From: Armatimonadota bacterium | GTDB lineage: Bacteria; Armatimonadota; Fimbriimonadia; Fimbriimonadales; GBS-DC | Direction: 5' to 3' | Length of the DNA: 64,000 bases | Assembly (NCBI GenBank): GCA_037444405.1 | Contig: JBBIML010000015.1 | Location: forward strand, 30,303-94,302 | Shown here: in pieces, positions 1 through 8,822 of the stretch | How positions within the stretch are numbered: the stretch's first letter is position 1 | How the letters are laid out: each line of letters opens with the position of its first letter | The notes under the pieces: model-generated | Database searches by the model: none | What the model saw: only the letters and a program-made list of their open reading frames with translations | Told to the model about the DNA's origin: nothing | Position numbers and translations under genes: made by a program

Positions 1-1148
1 CGGTCATAGAAGCGCAACGCGCCCACGATGCGGTGCGGGATGCGCTCGCGCAGGAACCGCTCCTCGAACACGCGCGACTGGGCGTTCGTGCGATAGAGGA
101 TGGCGAAGTCGCCATAGCGGCGTTGACCCTGATAGACCTGCCGCTGGATGTATTCGGCAATCAGCCGCGCCTCCTCCTCTTCGTCGCTGACAGGCGTGAG
201 CGTGACGGGGATACCGTCCGTGCGCTCCGTCCACAGGCGCTTGGGCGCGCGAACCCTGTTCTGGCTCACGATTCGCACCGCCGCGTCCAGAATCGGCTGG
301 GTAGAGCGATAGTTGCGCTCCAGCTTGACCACCTTCGCGTCGGGGAAATCCTGCTCAAAGCGCAGAATCAGCTCCGGCTCCGCGCCACGAAAGCGATAGA
401 TCGACTGGTCATCATCGCCCACCACGCAGAGGTTGTGATGCTCGCTCGCCAGCATGCGCACCAGCACATACTGCGCGTAGTTCACATCCTGATATTCGTC
501 CACCAGAATGTAGCGGAACTGTTGCTGGTACCGTTCCAGCGCGCGCAGCTGCTCGCTGAACAGGCGAATGACCATCAGCAGCAGGTCGTCGAAATCGAGC
601 GCGTTCGCCGCCTGCAGGGCTTGCTGATAGCGCGGGTAGACGCTGGCGACGATGCGCTCGAAATAGTCCACCGCGCGCGCGGCATACTGTTCGGGCGACA
701 GCAGTCGCTCTTTGGCGCGGCTGATAGCGTTGCGAATCGAGCGCGGGTTGAACTGCTTCTCGTCCAAATCTAGCTCGCTCAGCACCTGACGGATGAGGTC
801 GAGCTGGTCGTTCTCGTCGTACACAAGGAAGTTGGGCGGGATGTCGATGGCGCGTCCGCTCTCGCGCAGGATTCGGGCGCAGATGGCGTGGAAAGTGCCA
901 ATCCACAGCCCGCGGATGTCCATCTCCAGCAGCCGTTGCAGGCGCTCCTTCATCTCATCGGCGGCTTTGTTGGTGAAGGTCACCGCCAGAATCTGGCTGG
1001 GTGCGACGCCGTGCGTGTAGATGAGATTGGCGATGCGATAGGTGATGACGCGCGTTTTGCCGCTGCCCGCGCCTGCGAACACCAGCAGTGGACCGTCCCT
1101 GTGCAGCACCGCCTCCAGCTGCTCCGGGTTCAGCGCTCCCAGATCCAT
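1..1148 (-). CDS. uvrD: UvrD/PcrA-family ATP-dependent DNA helicase, N-terminal ~382 codons (3' end lies beyond the window start)
   Basis: Absent from the ORF track because no stop occurs before the window edge. Manual reverse translation from the ATG at 1148 gives MDLGALNPEQLEAVLHRDGPLLVFAGAGSGKTRVITYRIANLI..VTFTNKAADEMKERL..ILVDEYQDVN..VVGDDDQSIYRFRGA..LERNYRSTQPIL (SF1 helicase motifs I, Ia, II, III, IV). The frame stays open to position 3. Confidence 0.9.
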   Translation of the reverse strand, partial: MDLGALNPEQLEAVLHRDGPLLVFAGAGSGKTRVITYRIANLIYTHGVAPSQILAVTFTNKAADEMKERLQRLLEMDIRGLWIGTFHAICARILRESGRAIDIPPNFLVYDENDQLDLIRQVLSELDLDEKQFNPRSIRNAISRAKERLLSPEQYAARAVDYFERIVASVYPRYQQALQAANALDFDDLLLMVIRLFSEQLRALERYQQQFRYILVDEYQDVNYAQYVLVRMLASEHHNLCVVGDDDQSIYRFRGAEPELILRFEQDFPDAKVVKLERNYRSTQPILDAAVRIVSQNRVRAPKRLWTERTDGIPVTLTPVSDEEEEARLIAEYIQRQVYQGQRRYGDFAILYRTNAQSRVFEERFLRERIPHRIVGALRFYD

Positions 1149-1156
1149 CGGGGTAC

Positions 1157-1162
1157 AGTGTA
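1157..1162 (-). promoter_or_regulatory. -10-like hexamer TACACT 8 nt upstream of the uvrD ATG (leaderless-transcript candidate)
   Basis: Minus strand reads caggTACACTgtaccccgATG. No Shine-Dalgarno between the box and the ATG. Confidence 0.35.
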
Positions 1163-1219
1163 CCTGAAAAACAGCTTCCACGCTCCAGACAGGCTCTGCA
1201 GGCGCATCTGTGCAACGGG

Positions 1220-1225
1220 TATAAT
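1220..1225 (+). promoter_or_regulatory. consensus -10 box TATAAT 6 nt upstream of the mqnC-like ATG (leaderless candidate)
   Basis: Reads gggTATAATcgtgccATG. It lies inside the long ORF 1088..2326, which argues for the internal ATG at 1232 as the start. Confidence 0.5.
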
Positions 1226-1231
1226 CGTGCC

Positions 1232-2326
1232 ATGCCGATAGCGCCTGTGCGAACGGAGACCGCCCGCTTCGAGGCAATCGCCGAGAAGGTTCTCGCCGGC
1301 GAGCGATTGAGCTTCGAAGAGGGCGTCGCGCTGTTTCATCATCCAAACCTGACCGAACTCAGCGCGCTCGCCCACCATGTGCGCATGCGCAAAAACCCAC
1401 ACCCCTATGTGACCTATGTGATCGGGCGCATCATCAACTACACCAATGTGTGCTGGGTGCGCTGCCGATTCTGCTCCTTCTATCGCCCGCTCAAACACCG
1501 CGAGGGCTACCTGCTGACCGACGAGCAGATTCTGCAAAAAATCGACGAGCTGGTTCAGCAGGGCGGTGTGGAGGTGCTGATTCAGGGCGGGCTGAACCCC
1601 AAACTGAAGATCGACTATTTTGAGCGGCTGTTTCGGCTCATCAAACGGCACTATCCGCAGGTGATTATTCACGGGCTATCGCCTGCCGAAATCCTCTATA
1701 TCGCCCACATCTCGCGCCTGAGCGTGCGCGACTGCCTGATCCGCCTCAAGGAAGCCGGCATGAACTCGGTGCCAGGCGCAGGCGGCGAGATTTTGGTTGA
1801 CCGCGTGCGCCAGGCGATTGCCCCCTACAAAGACAGCACGCAGGAGTGGCTCGATTTCATGCGCGAGGTGCATCAGCTGGGCATGCGCAGCTCCGCCAGC
1901 ATGATGTTCGGGCATGTGGAGACGCTGGAAGAGCGTGTAGAGCATCTGATCCGCCTGCGCGAGCTTCAGGATGAAACGGGCGGCTTCACCGCCTTCATCT
2001 GCTGGAACTTCCAGCCCGAAGGCACCGAGCTGAGCCACATCCCCAAAGCGACCGCGTATGATTATCTGCGCACCGTCGCCGTCGCCCGCCTGATGCTGGA
2101 CAACTTCGACCACCTGCAAGCCAGTATCCTCACGCAGGGACCCAAAATCGCCCAGATTGCCCTGCGCTACGGCGTCGACGATATGGGTTCCACCATGATC
2201 GAGGAGAATGTGGTCTCCGCACAGGGTACCAAGTTCATTCTAAACGCGCAGGAGATCGAACGGCTGATTATCGACGCGGGCTTTATTCCCAAAAAGCGCA
2301 ACACGCGCTACGAGATTCTGGATTGA
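1232..2326 (+). CDS. mqnC: radical-SAM futalosine-pathway menaquinone enzyme, MqnC-like (cyclic dehypoxanthinyl futalosine synthase; MqnE not excluded)
   Basis: NYTNVCWVRCRFCSF (CxxxCxxC radical-SAM motif), GGEILVDRVR, MMFGHVETLEERVEHLIRLRELQDETGGFTAF, QASILTQG, GSTMIEENVV. Start chosen at ATG 1232 within ORF 1088..2326. Confidence 0.75.
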   Translation: MPIAPVRTETARFEAIAEKVLAGERLSFEEGVALFHHPNLTELSALAHHVRMRKNPHPYVTYVIGRIINYTNVCWVRCRFCSFYRPLKHREGYLLTDEQILQKIDELVQQGGVEVLIQGGLNPKLKIDYFERLFRLIKRHYPQVIIHGLSPAEILYIAHISRLSVRDCLIRLKEAGMNSVPGAGGEILVDRVRQAIAPYKDSTQEWLDFMREVHQLGMRSSASMMFGHVETLEERVEHLIRLRELQDETGGFTAFICWNFQPEGTELSHIPKATAYDYLRTVAVARLMLDNFDHLQASILTQGPKIAQIALRYGVDDMGSTMIEENVVSAQGTKFILNAQEIERLIIDAGFIPKKRNTRYEILD

Positions 2327-2339
2327 GAGGTGAAACGCG

Positions 2340-3587
2340 ATGCGAGCGAAGTGGGCACTAATCGGGCTTCTGGGCTTTGTGATTGGCTGGGCGGGCCAGC
2401 AGCCGCTGCTCAATCACCAGCGGATGACGGAGCTTTTCATCCAGCTGGTGCAGATCGACAGCGGTTCCGAGAACGAGGCGGAGATTTGCGCGTTTGTGGC
2501 GGAGCGCCTGCGTCAGCTGGGCGCCGAGAGCGTGACGATCGACGAGGCGAGCAAGCAGATAGGCGGCACGGGCGGCAATGTGTTCGCGCGATTCAAAGGC
2601 ACGCTGAACGCACCCCCGCTGCTGCTGAACGCCCATCTGGACACCGTGTCGCCCACGAAAGGCATCAAAATCGTGCGTACCGCCACCGACATCAAAACCG
2701 ACGGCAGCACCATTCTGGGCGCGGATGATAAGGCGGGCGTCGCGATTATTCTGGAAGTGTTGCAGACGCTCAAAGAGCGCAACCTGCCTCATCCGCCGCT
2801 GGAGGTGGTCTTCACCATTCGCGAGGAGAAGGGCTTGTTAGGCGCCAAAGCCTTCGACACGAGCCCGCTCAACGCGAAATATGGGCTGGTGGTGGACGGG
2901 CGTGAAGTGCCCACCGACCTGTTTATTCAATCGCCCACGCACTGGCAGTTCGAGGTGATTTTTCATGGCAGGGCAGCGCACGCGGGCGCGGAACCCGAAA
3001 AGGGGCGCAACGCCATTCAGATGGCTGCCAGAGCGATTGCCCAGATGCAGTGGGGGCGGCTCGATGCCGAAACCACCGCGAATGTGGGCGTGATCGAGGG
3101 CGGTCAGGCGATGAATATTGTGCCCGATAAGGCGCGGCTGGTGGGCGAGTTCCGTAGTTTCGACCCGAAGCGCGTCGAATCGCTGGCGAACCGCTGGCGC
3201 GAAATCTGCGAGCGTGTCGCCAGCGAGCATGAGGGGCGCGTGGAAGTCACGCTCACCAAGACCTTCGACGCGGTACGGGTTGACCCCAGCTCACCAATAG
3301 TCAAAGCTGCGGTTGCCGCGCTGAAGGAGCTGGGCATCCAGGCGAACCTCACGCGCACGGGCGGTGGCTCCGATGCCAATGTGTTCGCAGGCAGGGGCAT
3401 TCAGTGCCTGCTGTTCCCCACTGGCGGCGAAGCGATTCACACCCCGCAGGAGCGACTGATCCTCGCCCACTTCTACACCTGCGGTGAAGCGGTGCTGCGC
3501 ACGGTGCTGAACTGGGCGAAGAACCACACCACCACCCTCCCCGCCAAAAAGGCGGTTGCCCAGCCCGCCACAGGCGTGTCGGATTGA
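2340..3587 (+). CDS. M20/M25/M40-family metallopeptidase (peptidase T-like)
   Basis: 415-aa ORF with LLNAHLDTVSP, GADDKAGVAIILE and FTIREEKGLLGAK metal-ligand motifs. N-terminal hydrophobic segment. Alternative start at ATG 2424. Confidence 0.8.
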   Translation: MRAKWALIGLLGFVIGWAGQQPLLNHQRMTELFIQLVQIDSGSENEAEICAFVAERLRQLGAESVTIDEASKQIGGTGGNVFARFKGTLNAPPLLLNAHLDTVSPTKGIKIVRTATDIKTDGSTILGADDKAGVAIILEVLQTLKERNLPHPPLEVVFTIREEKGLLGAKAFDTSPLNAKYGLVVDGREVPTDLFIQSPTHWQFEVIFHGRAAHAGAEPEKGRNAIQMAARAIAQMQWGRLDAETTANVGVIEGGQAMNIVPDKARLVGEFRSFDPKRVESLANRWREICERVASEHEGRVEVTLTKTFDAVRVDPSSPIVKAAVAALKELGIQANLTRTGGGSDANVFAGRGIQCLLFPTGGEAIHTPQERLILAHFYTCGEAVLRTVLNWAKNHTTTLPAKKAVAQPATGVSD

Positions 3588-3605
3588 AGGCGCGCCCCCA
3601 TCAGG

Positions 3606-3611
3606 TATAAT
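3606..3611 (+). promoter_or_regulatory. -10 box TATAAT upstream of recA; GGAGG Shine-Dalgarno at 3635-3639
   Basis: Reads caggTATAATtacgg ... ctctGGAGGcaggaATG. Confidence 0.45.
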
Positions 3612-3644
3612 TACGGTAGACAATTCTCTACTCTGGAGGCAGGA

Positions 3645-4679
3645 ATGACCGATAAGCAGAAGGCGTTAGAGGCAGTCATTGCGCAGGTGGAGCGGCAGTT
3701 TGGCAAGGGCAGCGTGATGCGACTGGGCGAAGCCGCACGCCTGCAGGTGGAGGCGATCCCCACCGGCAGCGTTACCCTCGATATGGCGCTGGGCGTGGGC
3801 GGCATCCCACGCGGACGCATCACCGAAATCTACGGCACCGAATCGTCGGGCAAAACCACACTCGCCCTGCACATTATCGCCGAAGCGCAAAAGCGGGGCG
3901 GGAACGCGCTGTTCGTGGACGCCGAACACGCGCTGGACCCCGACTATGCCCGCGCCATCGGCGTCGATGTGGACAGGCTCTATATTTCGCAGCCGTCCAC
4001 TGGCGATGAGGCGCTGGAGATTATGGACACGCTGATTCGAAGTGGCGCGTTCGATGTGGCGGTTCTCGACTCGGTCGCCGCACTGATGCCCCGTCAGGAG
4101 CTGGAAGGCGATATTGGCGATGTCACGGTGGGCGCGCAGGCGCGGCTGATGTCGCAGGCGCTGCGCAAGCTGGGCGGCTCCGCTGCCAAGACCAACACCG
4201 CCGTCGTGTTCGTGAACCAGATTCGCGAGAAGGTCGGCGTGATGTACGGCAACCCCGAAACGACGCCAGGCGGGCGCGCGCTCAAGTTCTGGGCGTCGGT
4301 GCGACTGGAGGTGCGCCGCGTGGATAACATCAAGCAGGGCAACGAGGTGATTGGCGTGCGCACGCGCGTGAAGGTGGTCAAGAACAAGGTCGCGCCGCCG
4401 TTCCGTCAGGCGGAGTTCGACATCATTTTCGGCAAGGGCATCTCACGCGTGGGCGACCTGCTCGATCTCGCGCTCAATCTCGGCATCGTCCAGAAGTCGG
4501 GCACATGGTTCAACTTCGGCGAGACCCGGCTGGGTCAGGGGCGCGAGAACGCGCGTGCCTTTCTGGAAGAGAACCCCGATGTGCTGAACGCGATTGAGCA
4601 GCAGGTGCGCACGGCGATGGGTCAGCCGGCGCCGGGCGTCGCGCTCGTCACCGCCGAAGAGGTGGAGTTGGTCGAATAG
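3645..4679 (+). CDS. recA: recombinase RecA
   Basis: [27 protein letters not shown]-terminus, Walker [24 protein letters not shown], 344 aa. Confidence 0.97.
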   Translation: MTDKQKALEAVIAQVERQFGKGSVMRLGEAARLQVEAIPTGSVTLDMALGVGGIPRGRITEIYGTESSGKTTLALHIIAEAQKRGGNALFVDAEHALDPDYARAIGVDVDRLYISQPSTGDEALEIMDTLIRSGAFDVAVLDSVAALMPRQELEGDIGDVTVGAQARLMSQALRKLGGSAAKTNTAVVFVNQIREKVGVMYGNPETTPGGRALKFWASVRLEVRRVDNIKQGNEVIGVRTRVKVVKNKVAPPFRQAEFDIIFGKGISRVGDLLDLALNLGIVQKSGTWFNFGETRLGQGRENARAFLEENPDVLNAIEQQVRTAMGQPAPGVALVTAEEVELVE

Positions 4680-4686
4680 GGGTTCG

Positions 4687-6456
4687 ATGACCCTTGAGAT
4701 CGCGCTGGTGCTTGCACTGGCGGGTGGAGCGGTCGCGCTTTTGATCAGCAACCGTTTACCCCCTGAGCTGGTGGCGCTGCTGGTGTTGACCGCGCTGCTG
4801 ATGGGTGGTCTGATCCCCCTTGAGAAGGGGCTTCAGGGCTTCAGCAACAGCGCGGTCATCACCATTGCTTCGATGTTCGTGCTGAGTGAGGGGCTGCGTC
4901 GCGCGGGCTTGATCAGCCGTCTGGCGCGTCTGCTTCAGCGGCTAACCACACGCACACCGCTGGGCGCGTTTCTCCTGCTGCTCCTGTTGACGGCGTTTCT
5001 CTCCGCCTTTGTGAACAACACGGCGGTGGTCGCGCTGTTCATCCCGCTCACGCTTGCCCTTGCCGAGAGCATGAAGCGCAGCCCGTCCAGACTGCTCATT
5101 CCCCTCTCGTTCGCGTCGATGTTCGGCGGTGTCTGCACGCTGATAGGCACTTCAACTAATCTGGTGGTGAGCGGCGTTGCCCAGCAGCGGGGTCTGCCCC
5201 CACTGGGAATGTTCGAGTTTCTACCGCTGGGGCTGGTGTTCACCGCGGCGGGGCTGCTCTACCTGCTGCTGGTGGGTTCGCGCCTTCTGCCCGATCGGCG
5301 CGAGGTGGGCGATCCGCGCAGAGCCTATCATCTGAGCGAATATATCACCGAGGTGGTGCTGACGCCCGACTCGCGGGCAGTGGGACGCCCGCTGATGCAT
5401 GCCGATTTTGTGAAGGAGCTGGGCGTGGATGTGTTGGACATCTGGCGGGATGGTCTCCGCCTTGTGCCGCTGCCCGATCGCATCCTGCAGGCGGGCGATG
5501 TGCTGCGCGTGCGGTGCAACCTTCAGCGCCTCCAGCAACTGCAGGCAGAGTATGGGCTTCGGTCGCCTTCTGGAGCGCAGCATCCGATCGTCGGCGACGA
5601 TGGCTGGATGCTCATCGAGCTGGTGATCACGCCCGATGCGTCCATCGTGGGGCAGACTCTGCGCTCGATGCGGTTCCGCAATCGTTATGGGGCGACCGTG
5701 CTGGCTCTGCGCCATCGGCAGGAGATGGTGCTGGAACAGATTGCCGATGTGCCCCTGCAGGCAGGCGATGTGCTGCTGGTACAGATTGAATCCGAGCGTC
5801 TGCCTGACCTGTTGCGCTCGCGCGATTTCGCGCTCGTGTCCCAGATCGAGGCGGTTCCTCTCCGTCCCCAGCGCGCATGGATGGCGACCCTTATCATGCT
5901 GGGGGTGGTGATAAGCGCGGCGATGGGCTGGTATCCCGTTGTGGTGTCGGCGCTGGTTGGAGCGGTGCTGATGGTCATCACGGGCTGCCTCAAGCCCGAA
6001 GAGGCGGTGCAGGCAATCGACTGGCGGTTGCTGATCATGCTGGGTGGGATGCTGGCGCTGGGGAACGCGATGGAACACACGGGCGCCGCCCGCTGGCTCA
6101 CCAGCCAGATGCTCATCGCGCTCGGCTCGCTGGGACCGATGGCGGTGTTGAGCGGGTTCTACCTGATGACCTCACTGCTGACCGAGGTAATGTCGAATAA
6201 CGCGGCAGCGGTGCTGATGTCCGCGCTGGCGATCGAGGTCGCCGCCGCACTGGGCGTCGACGCGCGCCCGTTCCTGTTCGCCGTCGCCTATGCCGCCTCT
6301 GCCAGCTTCATGACACCGATTGGCTATCAGACCAACACGATGGTGTTCAATGTGGGGCAGTATCGGTTCGGCGATTTCGTGCGCGTGGGCACACCACTCA
6401 ACATCCTCTTCTGGCTCATCGCCACCCTGCTGATACCGCTCCTGTGGCGGTTCTGA
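4687..6456 (+). CDS. SLC13/DASS-type anion permease with two central TrkA-C (RCK_C) domains
   Basis: ORF 4594..6456. ATG 4687 (MTLEIALVLALAGG) avoids overlap with recA. Multiple TM segments flank two TrkA-C-like modules (ILQAGDVLRVRC and PLQAGDVLLVQI). C-terminal FMTPIGYQTNTMV is typical of CitT/SLC13-like permeases. Confidence 0.8.
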   Translation: MTLEIALVLALAGGAVALLISNRLPPELVALLVLTALLMGGLIPLEKGLQGFSNSAVITIASMFVLSEGLRRAGLISRLARLLQRLTTRTPLGAFLLLLLLTAFLSAFVNNTAVVALFIPLTLALAESMKRSPSRLLIPLSFASMFGGVCTLIGTSTNLVVSGVAQQRGLPPLGMFEFLPLGLVFTAAGLLYLLLVGSRLLPDRREVGDPRRAYHLSEYITEVVLTPDSRAVGRPLMHADFVKELGVDVLDIWRDGLRLVPLPDRILQAGDVLRVRCNLQRLQQLQAEYGLRSPSGAQHPIVGDDGWMLIELVITPDASIVGQTLRSMRFRNRYGATVLALRHRQEMVLEQIADVPLQAGDVLLVQIESERLPDLLRSRDFALVSQIEAVPLRPQRAWMATLIMLGVVISAAMGWYPVVVSALVGAVLMVITGCLKPEEAVQAIDWRLLIMLGGMLALGNAMEHTGAARWLTSQMLIALGSLGPMAVLSGFYLMTSLLTEVMSNNAAAVLMSALAIEVAAALGVDARPFLFAVAYAASASFMTPIGYQTNTMVFNVGQYRFGDFVRVGTPLNILFWLIATLLIPLLWRF

Positions 6457-6483
6457 CCCCCAATCTTCCTGACAACCGCTTGA

Positions 6484-6491
6484 TGTATAAT
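6484..6491 (+). promoter_or_regulatory. extended -10 promoter TGTATAAT
   Basis: Reads cttgaTGTATAATctggg, 59 nt upstream of the ATG at 6550. Confidence 0.45.
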
Positions 6492-6494
6492 CTG

Positions 6495-6533
6495 GGTGAG
6501 GCAGGGATTCGGGCGAAAGAGGGACGATCCCTG
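6495..6533 (+). repeat. GGTGAGG motif followed by a GC hairpin (CAGGGAT/ATCCCTG) in the 5' UTR
   Basis: GGTGAGG at 6495-6501. Stem arms at 6502-6508 and 6527-6533, then cGGAGGc SD. The same GGTGAGG-hairpin-(T)GC(G/C)G layout is seen at 23735 and 56658. Confidence 0.3.
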
Positions 6534-6549
6534 CGGAGGCGAGAGAGCG

Positions 6550-7107
6550 ATGGCATGGATCCGTGAAATTGGCGAATCGGAGGCGGCGGGGCGGCTGGCA
6601 GAAATCTACGCCGAAATCGCGCAGCGCCGCGGCAAGGTATCCAACATCATGCGGGTGCAGAGCCTGTTCCCCGAAGCGATGCAGACCCACCTGTCTCTCT
6701 ACATCACTCTGCTGTTTGGCGCGGGCAGCGGGCTAACACGCGCGGAACGCGAACTGCTGGCAGTGACGGTTTCTGCGACCAATCGCTGCGCTTACTGCGT
6801 GCGTCATCATGCAGAGGCGTTGCGTGCCTACTGGAAAGACGACCATCGGCTGGAGCGTGTGCTGGCAGGCGACTGGACGGAGCTATCGGAGCGTGAGCGC
6901 GCCCTCTGCACCTATGCCCGACGGCTCACATCGACCCCTGACCAGGCGAAACCCGATTGGGTCGAGGAACTCCGTCGCGCGGGGCTAACGGACGAAGAGA
7001 TTTTGCACGCCAACCTGATTATCAGCTACTTCAACTTCGTTAATCGGATCGCGCTGGGGCTGGGCGTGGAGTTCACTGAAGAGGAGGCGCGTGGCTATCG
7101 GGTGTAG
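6550..7107 (+). CDS. carboxymuconolactone decarboxylase / AhpD-like peroxidase-related protein
   Basis: ORF 6496..7107, start taken at ATG 6550 (MAWIREIGESEA). AhpD-type CxxC motif NRCAYCVRHHAEAL. Size about 185 aa. Confidence 0.7.
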   Translation: MAWIREIGESEAAGRLAEIYAEIAQRRGKVSNIMRVQSLFPEAMQTHLSLYITLLFGAGSGLTRAERELLAVTVSATNRCAYCVRHHAEALRAYWKDDHRLERVLAGDWTELSERERALCTYARRLTSTPDQAKPDWVEELRRAGLTDEEILHANLIISYFNFVNRIALGLGVEFTEEEARGYRV

Positions 7108-7232
7108 CAGCGGGCATCGGAGACCGTGATTGCCCTGCTGGAGCGTCGGTTCGGTGCGAGCCGCACGCTCCAGAGACTCCGAAACTTTTTGCATGCTATC
7201 CCGTCAGGTAAACTACAGCGGGGCGATTCGTT

Positions 7233-8339
7233 ATGTCGGAGCGGCGACCGTCGGTACAGCGGGAGTATCAGCAGCAGATTCTGCTGCGCTGGATCACCAC
7301 CATCACCTATCGGATGATCTCGGTGGGCGCGATCCTGTTCGTGATTGGGCTTGCTTACCTGTTCTACGCGCTTTTTGCGCTGGGGGATCAGAGCGGCTAT
7401 AACGCCAGCGATATCGCACGCATTCAGGGCAACCTGACGCTGTTCGGGCGGCTGGCGCTGATCGGCGCTGGCATGGTCGTGATCGGGCTTGCCTGGAACT
7501 ATCTGGAGGAGGAGGTCGTCGGCTTCATTCTGGTGCTGCTCGCGCTCTTCTTTTACTGGGGGCTGCCCCTCCTGCTGGGGCAGATCGGCACCCTGCCGAC
7601 ACCCGACTCGCTGCAAGGGTTCGCGCTGAACCAGATTCGCAACCTGATGTGGGTGCTGTTCCCGCCCGGCATCATTCTGGTGGTGTTTGTGGGGATTGCG
7701 CAGGGCATTCGTCGCCTGCGCTACGGCGCCGCGCTGGACCAGACGCTCAAGCTCGGTTCGGGTGTGAGCAAGCAGGAGGTTCAGCAACGCTTTCTGGGCA
7801 AATGCTGGCAGCTGCCGTTCTGTCGGGACTATGTGCGCCAACGCTGCCCGATTTACCATGCGCGGCGCACCTGCTGGCGCGAGGGCGTCGGCTGTATGTG
7901 CGAGGAGAAGACCATCGTGATGGCGTTGCAGAACGCGCGCCTGAGCGACGACCCCGCCAAAAACGCCCGATATATCCCGCATAACAAGACGCTGACAAAA
8001 GCGGAGCTGCGCGCCCGCTGCGCCGAGTGTGTCATCTATAACGAGCATCAGCGCCAGAAGTATCAGCTGTTCGCGCCGCTCACGGTCGGCACGATTATCG
8101 GCATCGCCTACTTCTTCCGTGCGCCGCTGCAGGAGAAAGTGTTCAATCTGCTGTCGCTGCTGGATCAGCTGCTGGCGCGTTTCACGCTGATGCCCTCGGA
8201 GGCGCAGAAAGGCGTGCTGGAGGCGGCTGCGCGCGCGAACGAGACCGCCGCGCTGATCCTCTATATCTCCCTGACCATCGTGGTGCTGAGCTACGCGCTG
8301 CGAATTGTGGAGACGGTGATTTTCAAATGGAAGCTCTGA
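7233..8339 (+). CDS. polytopic membrane protein with a cytoplasmic 8-cysteine cluster (unknown function)
   Basis: 368 aa with several hydrophobic helices (VGAILFVIGLAYLFYALFAL, LALIGAGMVVIGLAW, VGFILVLLALFFYWGLPLLL, MWVLFPPGIILVVFVGIA, two more near the C-terminus). Cys cluster CWQLPFCRDYVRQRCPIYHARRTCWREGVGCMC...CAEC at nt 7803-8030. The antisense 453-aa ORF is R/Q/H-rich and judged spurious. Confidence 0.65.
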   Translation: MSERRPSVQREYQQQILLRWITTITYRMISVGAILFVIGLAYLFYALFALGDQSGYNASDIARIQGNLTLFGRLALIGAGMVVIGLAWNYLEEEVVGFILVLLALFFYWGLPLLLGQIGTLPTPDSLQGFALNQIRNLMWVLFPPGIILVVFVGIAQGIRRLRYGAALDQTLKLGSGVSKQEVQQRFLGKCWQLPFCRDYVRQRCPIYHARRTCWREGVGCMCEEKTIVMALQNARLSDDPAKNARYIPHNKTLTKAELRARCAECVIYNEHQRQKYQLFAPLTVGTIIGIAYFFRAPLQEKVFNLLSLLDQLLARFTLMPSEAQKGVLEAAARANETAALILYISLTIVVLSYALRIVETVIFKWKL

Positions 8340-8806
8340 CGGAGTGGCTGGAGCAGCTGGAGCGGCTGGCGCAGCTGATGAGCCAGCGGGGCGTGTCGAA
8401 GCTGGAGGTGCGCGTGGACGGGGCGCATGTGCGCCTGAGCCGCGCCCAATCGGCAACCACGCCCTATCATGAGGAGCCGATGCCGCCCCTCTTCCTGGCA
8501 GGCTATACGGAGCCGAAACCTGCCGAACCTGACGAGCCGTCCAGCAGCTGGCAACCGCCAGCGCCCATCGAGGTGCGCGCGCCGATGGTTGGCTACTGCA
8601 CGCTGATGCCGATAGAGCCGGGTGCGCGGGTGGAGCGCGGTCAGCCCCTCGCCACCGTGGAGGTGCTGGGCATCCCGAACGAAGTGCCCGCGCCCGTCAC
8701 CGGCACCCTGCTGAGCTGGCAAATCGAAAATGGCACCCCCGTCGAATACGGACAGCCGATTGCGCTCATCCAGCCCTTGACCGAAGAGGAGACGCCGGCA
8801 GAATGA
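8327..8806 (+). CDS. BCCP (AccB)-like biotinyl/lipoyl-domain protein lacking the modifiable lysine
   Basis: 159 aa with AccB architecture: N-terminal helical part, Pro/Glu linker, C-terminal VRAPMVGY...GQPLATVEVLGIPNEVPAPVTGTLL..NGTPVEYGQPIALI. The EAMKM motif is replaced by EVLGI, and there is no Lys in the domain. The start overlaps the upstream gene by 13 nt. Confidence 0.7.
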   Translation: MEALTEWLEQLERLAQLMSQRGVSKLEVRVDGAHVRLSRAQSATTPYHEEPMPPLFLAGYTEPKPAEPDEPSSSWQPPAPIEVRAPMVGYCTLMPIEPGARVERGQPLATVEVLGIPNEVPAPVTGTLLSWQIENGTPVEYGQPIALIQPLTEEETPAE

Positions 8807-8822
8807 GAGGAGCAACCATCCG

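Noticed and set aside
33-773. 246-aa + strand ORF at the left edge (and 412..906 -, 888..1241 +)
   Set aside because: It is antisense or out of frame to the clear UvrD/PcrA reading frame (1..1148 -). Its Arg/Leu/His/Gln-rich composition is typical of shadow ORFs in GC-rich DNA.
7095-8456. 453-aa minus-strand ORF overlapping the membrane-protein/BCCP-like pair
   Set aside because: The product is Arg/Gln/His/Ala-rich with no hydrophobic core or motif. The + strand ORFs have coherent TM helices and a recognisable biotinyl-domain fold.
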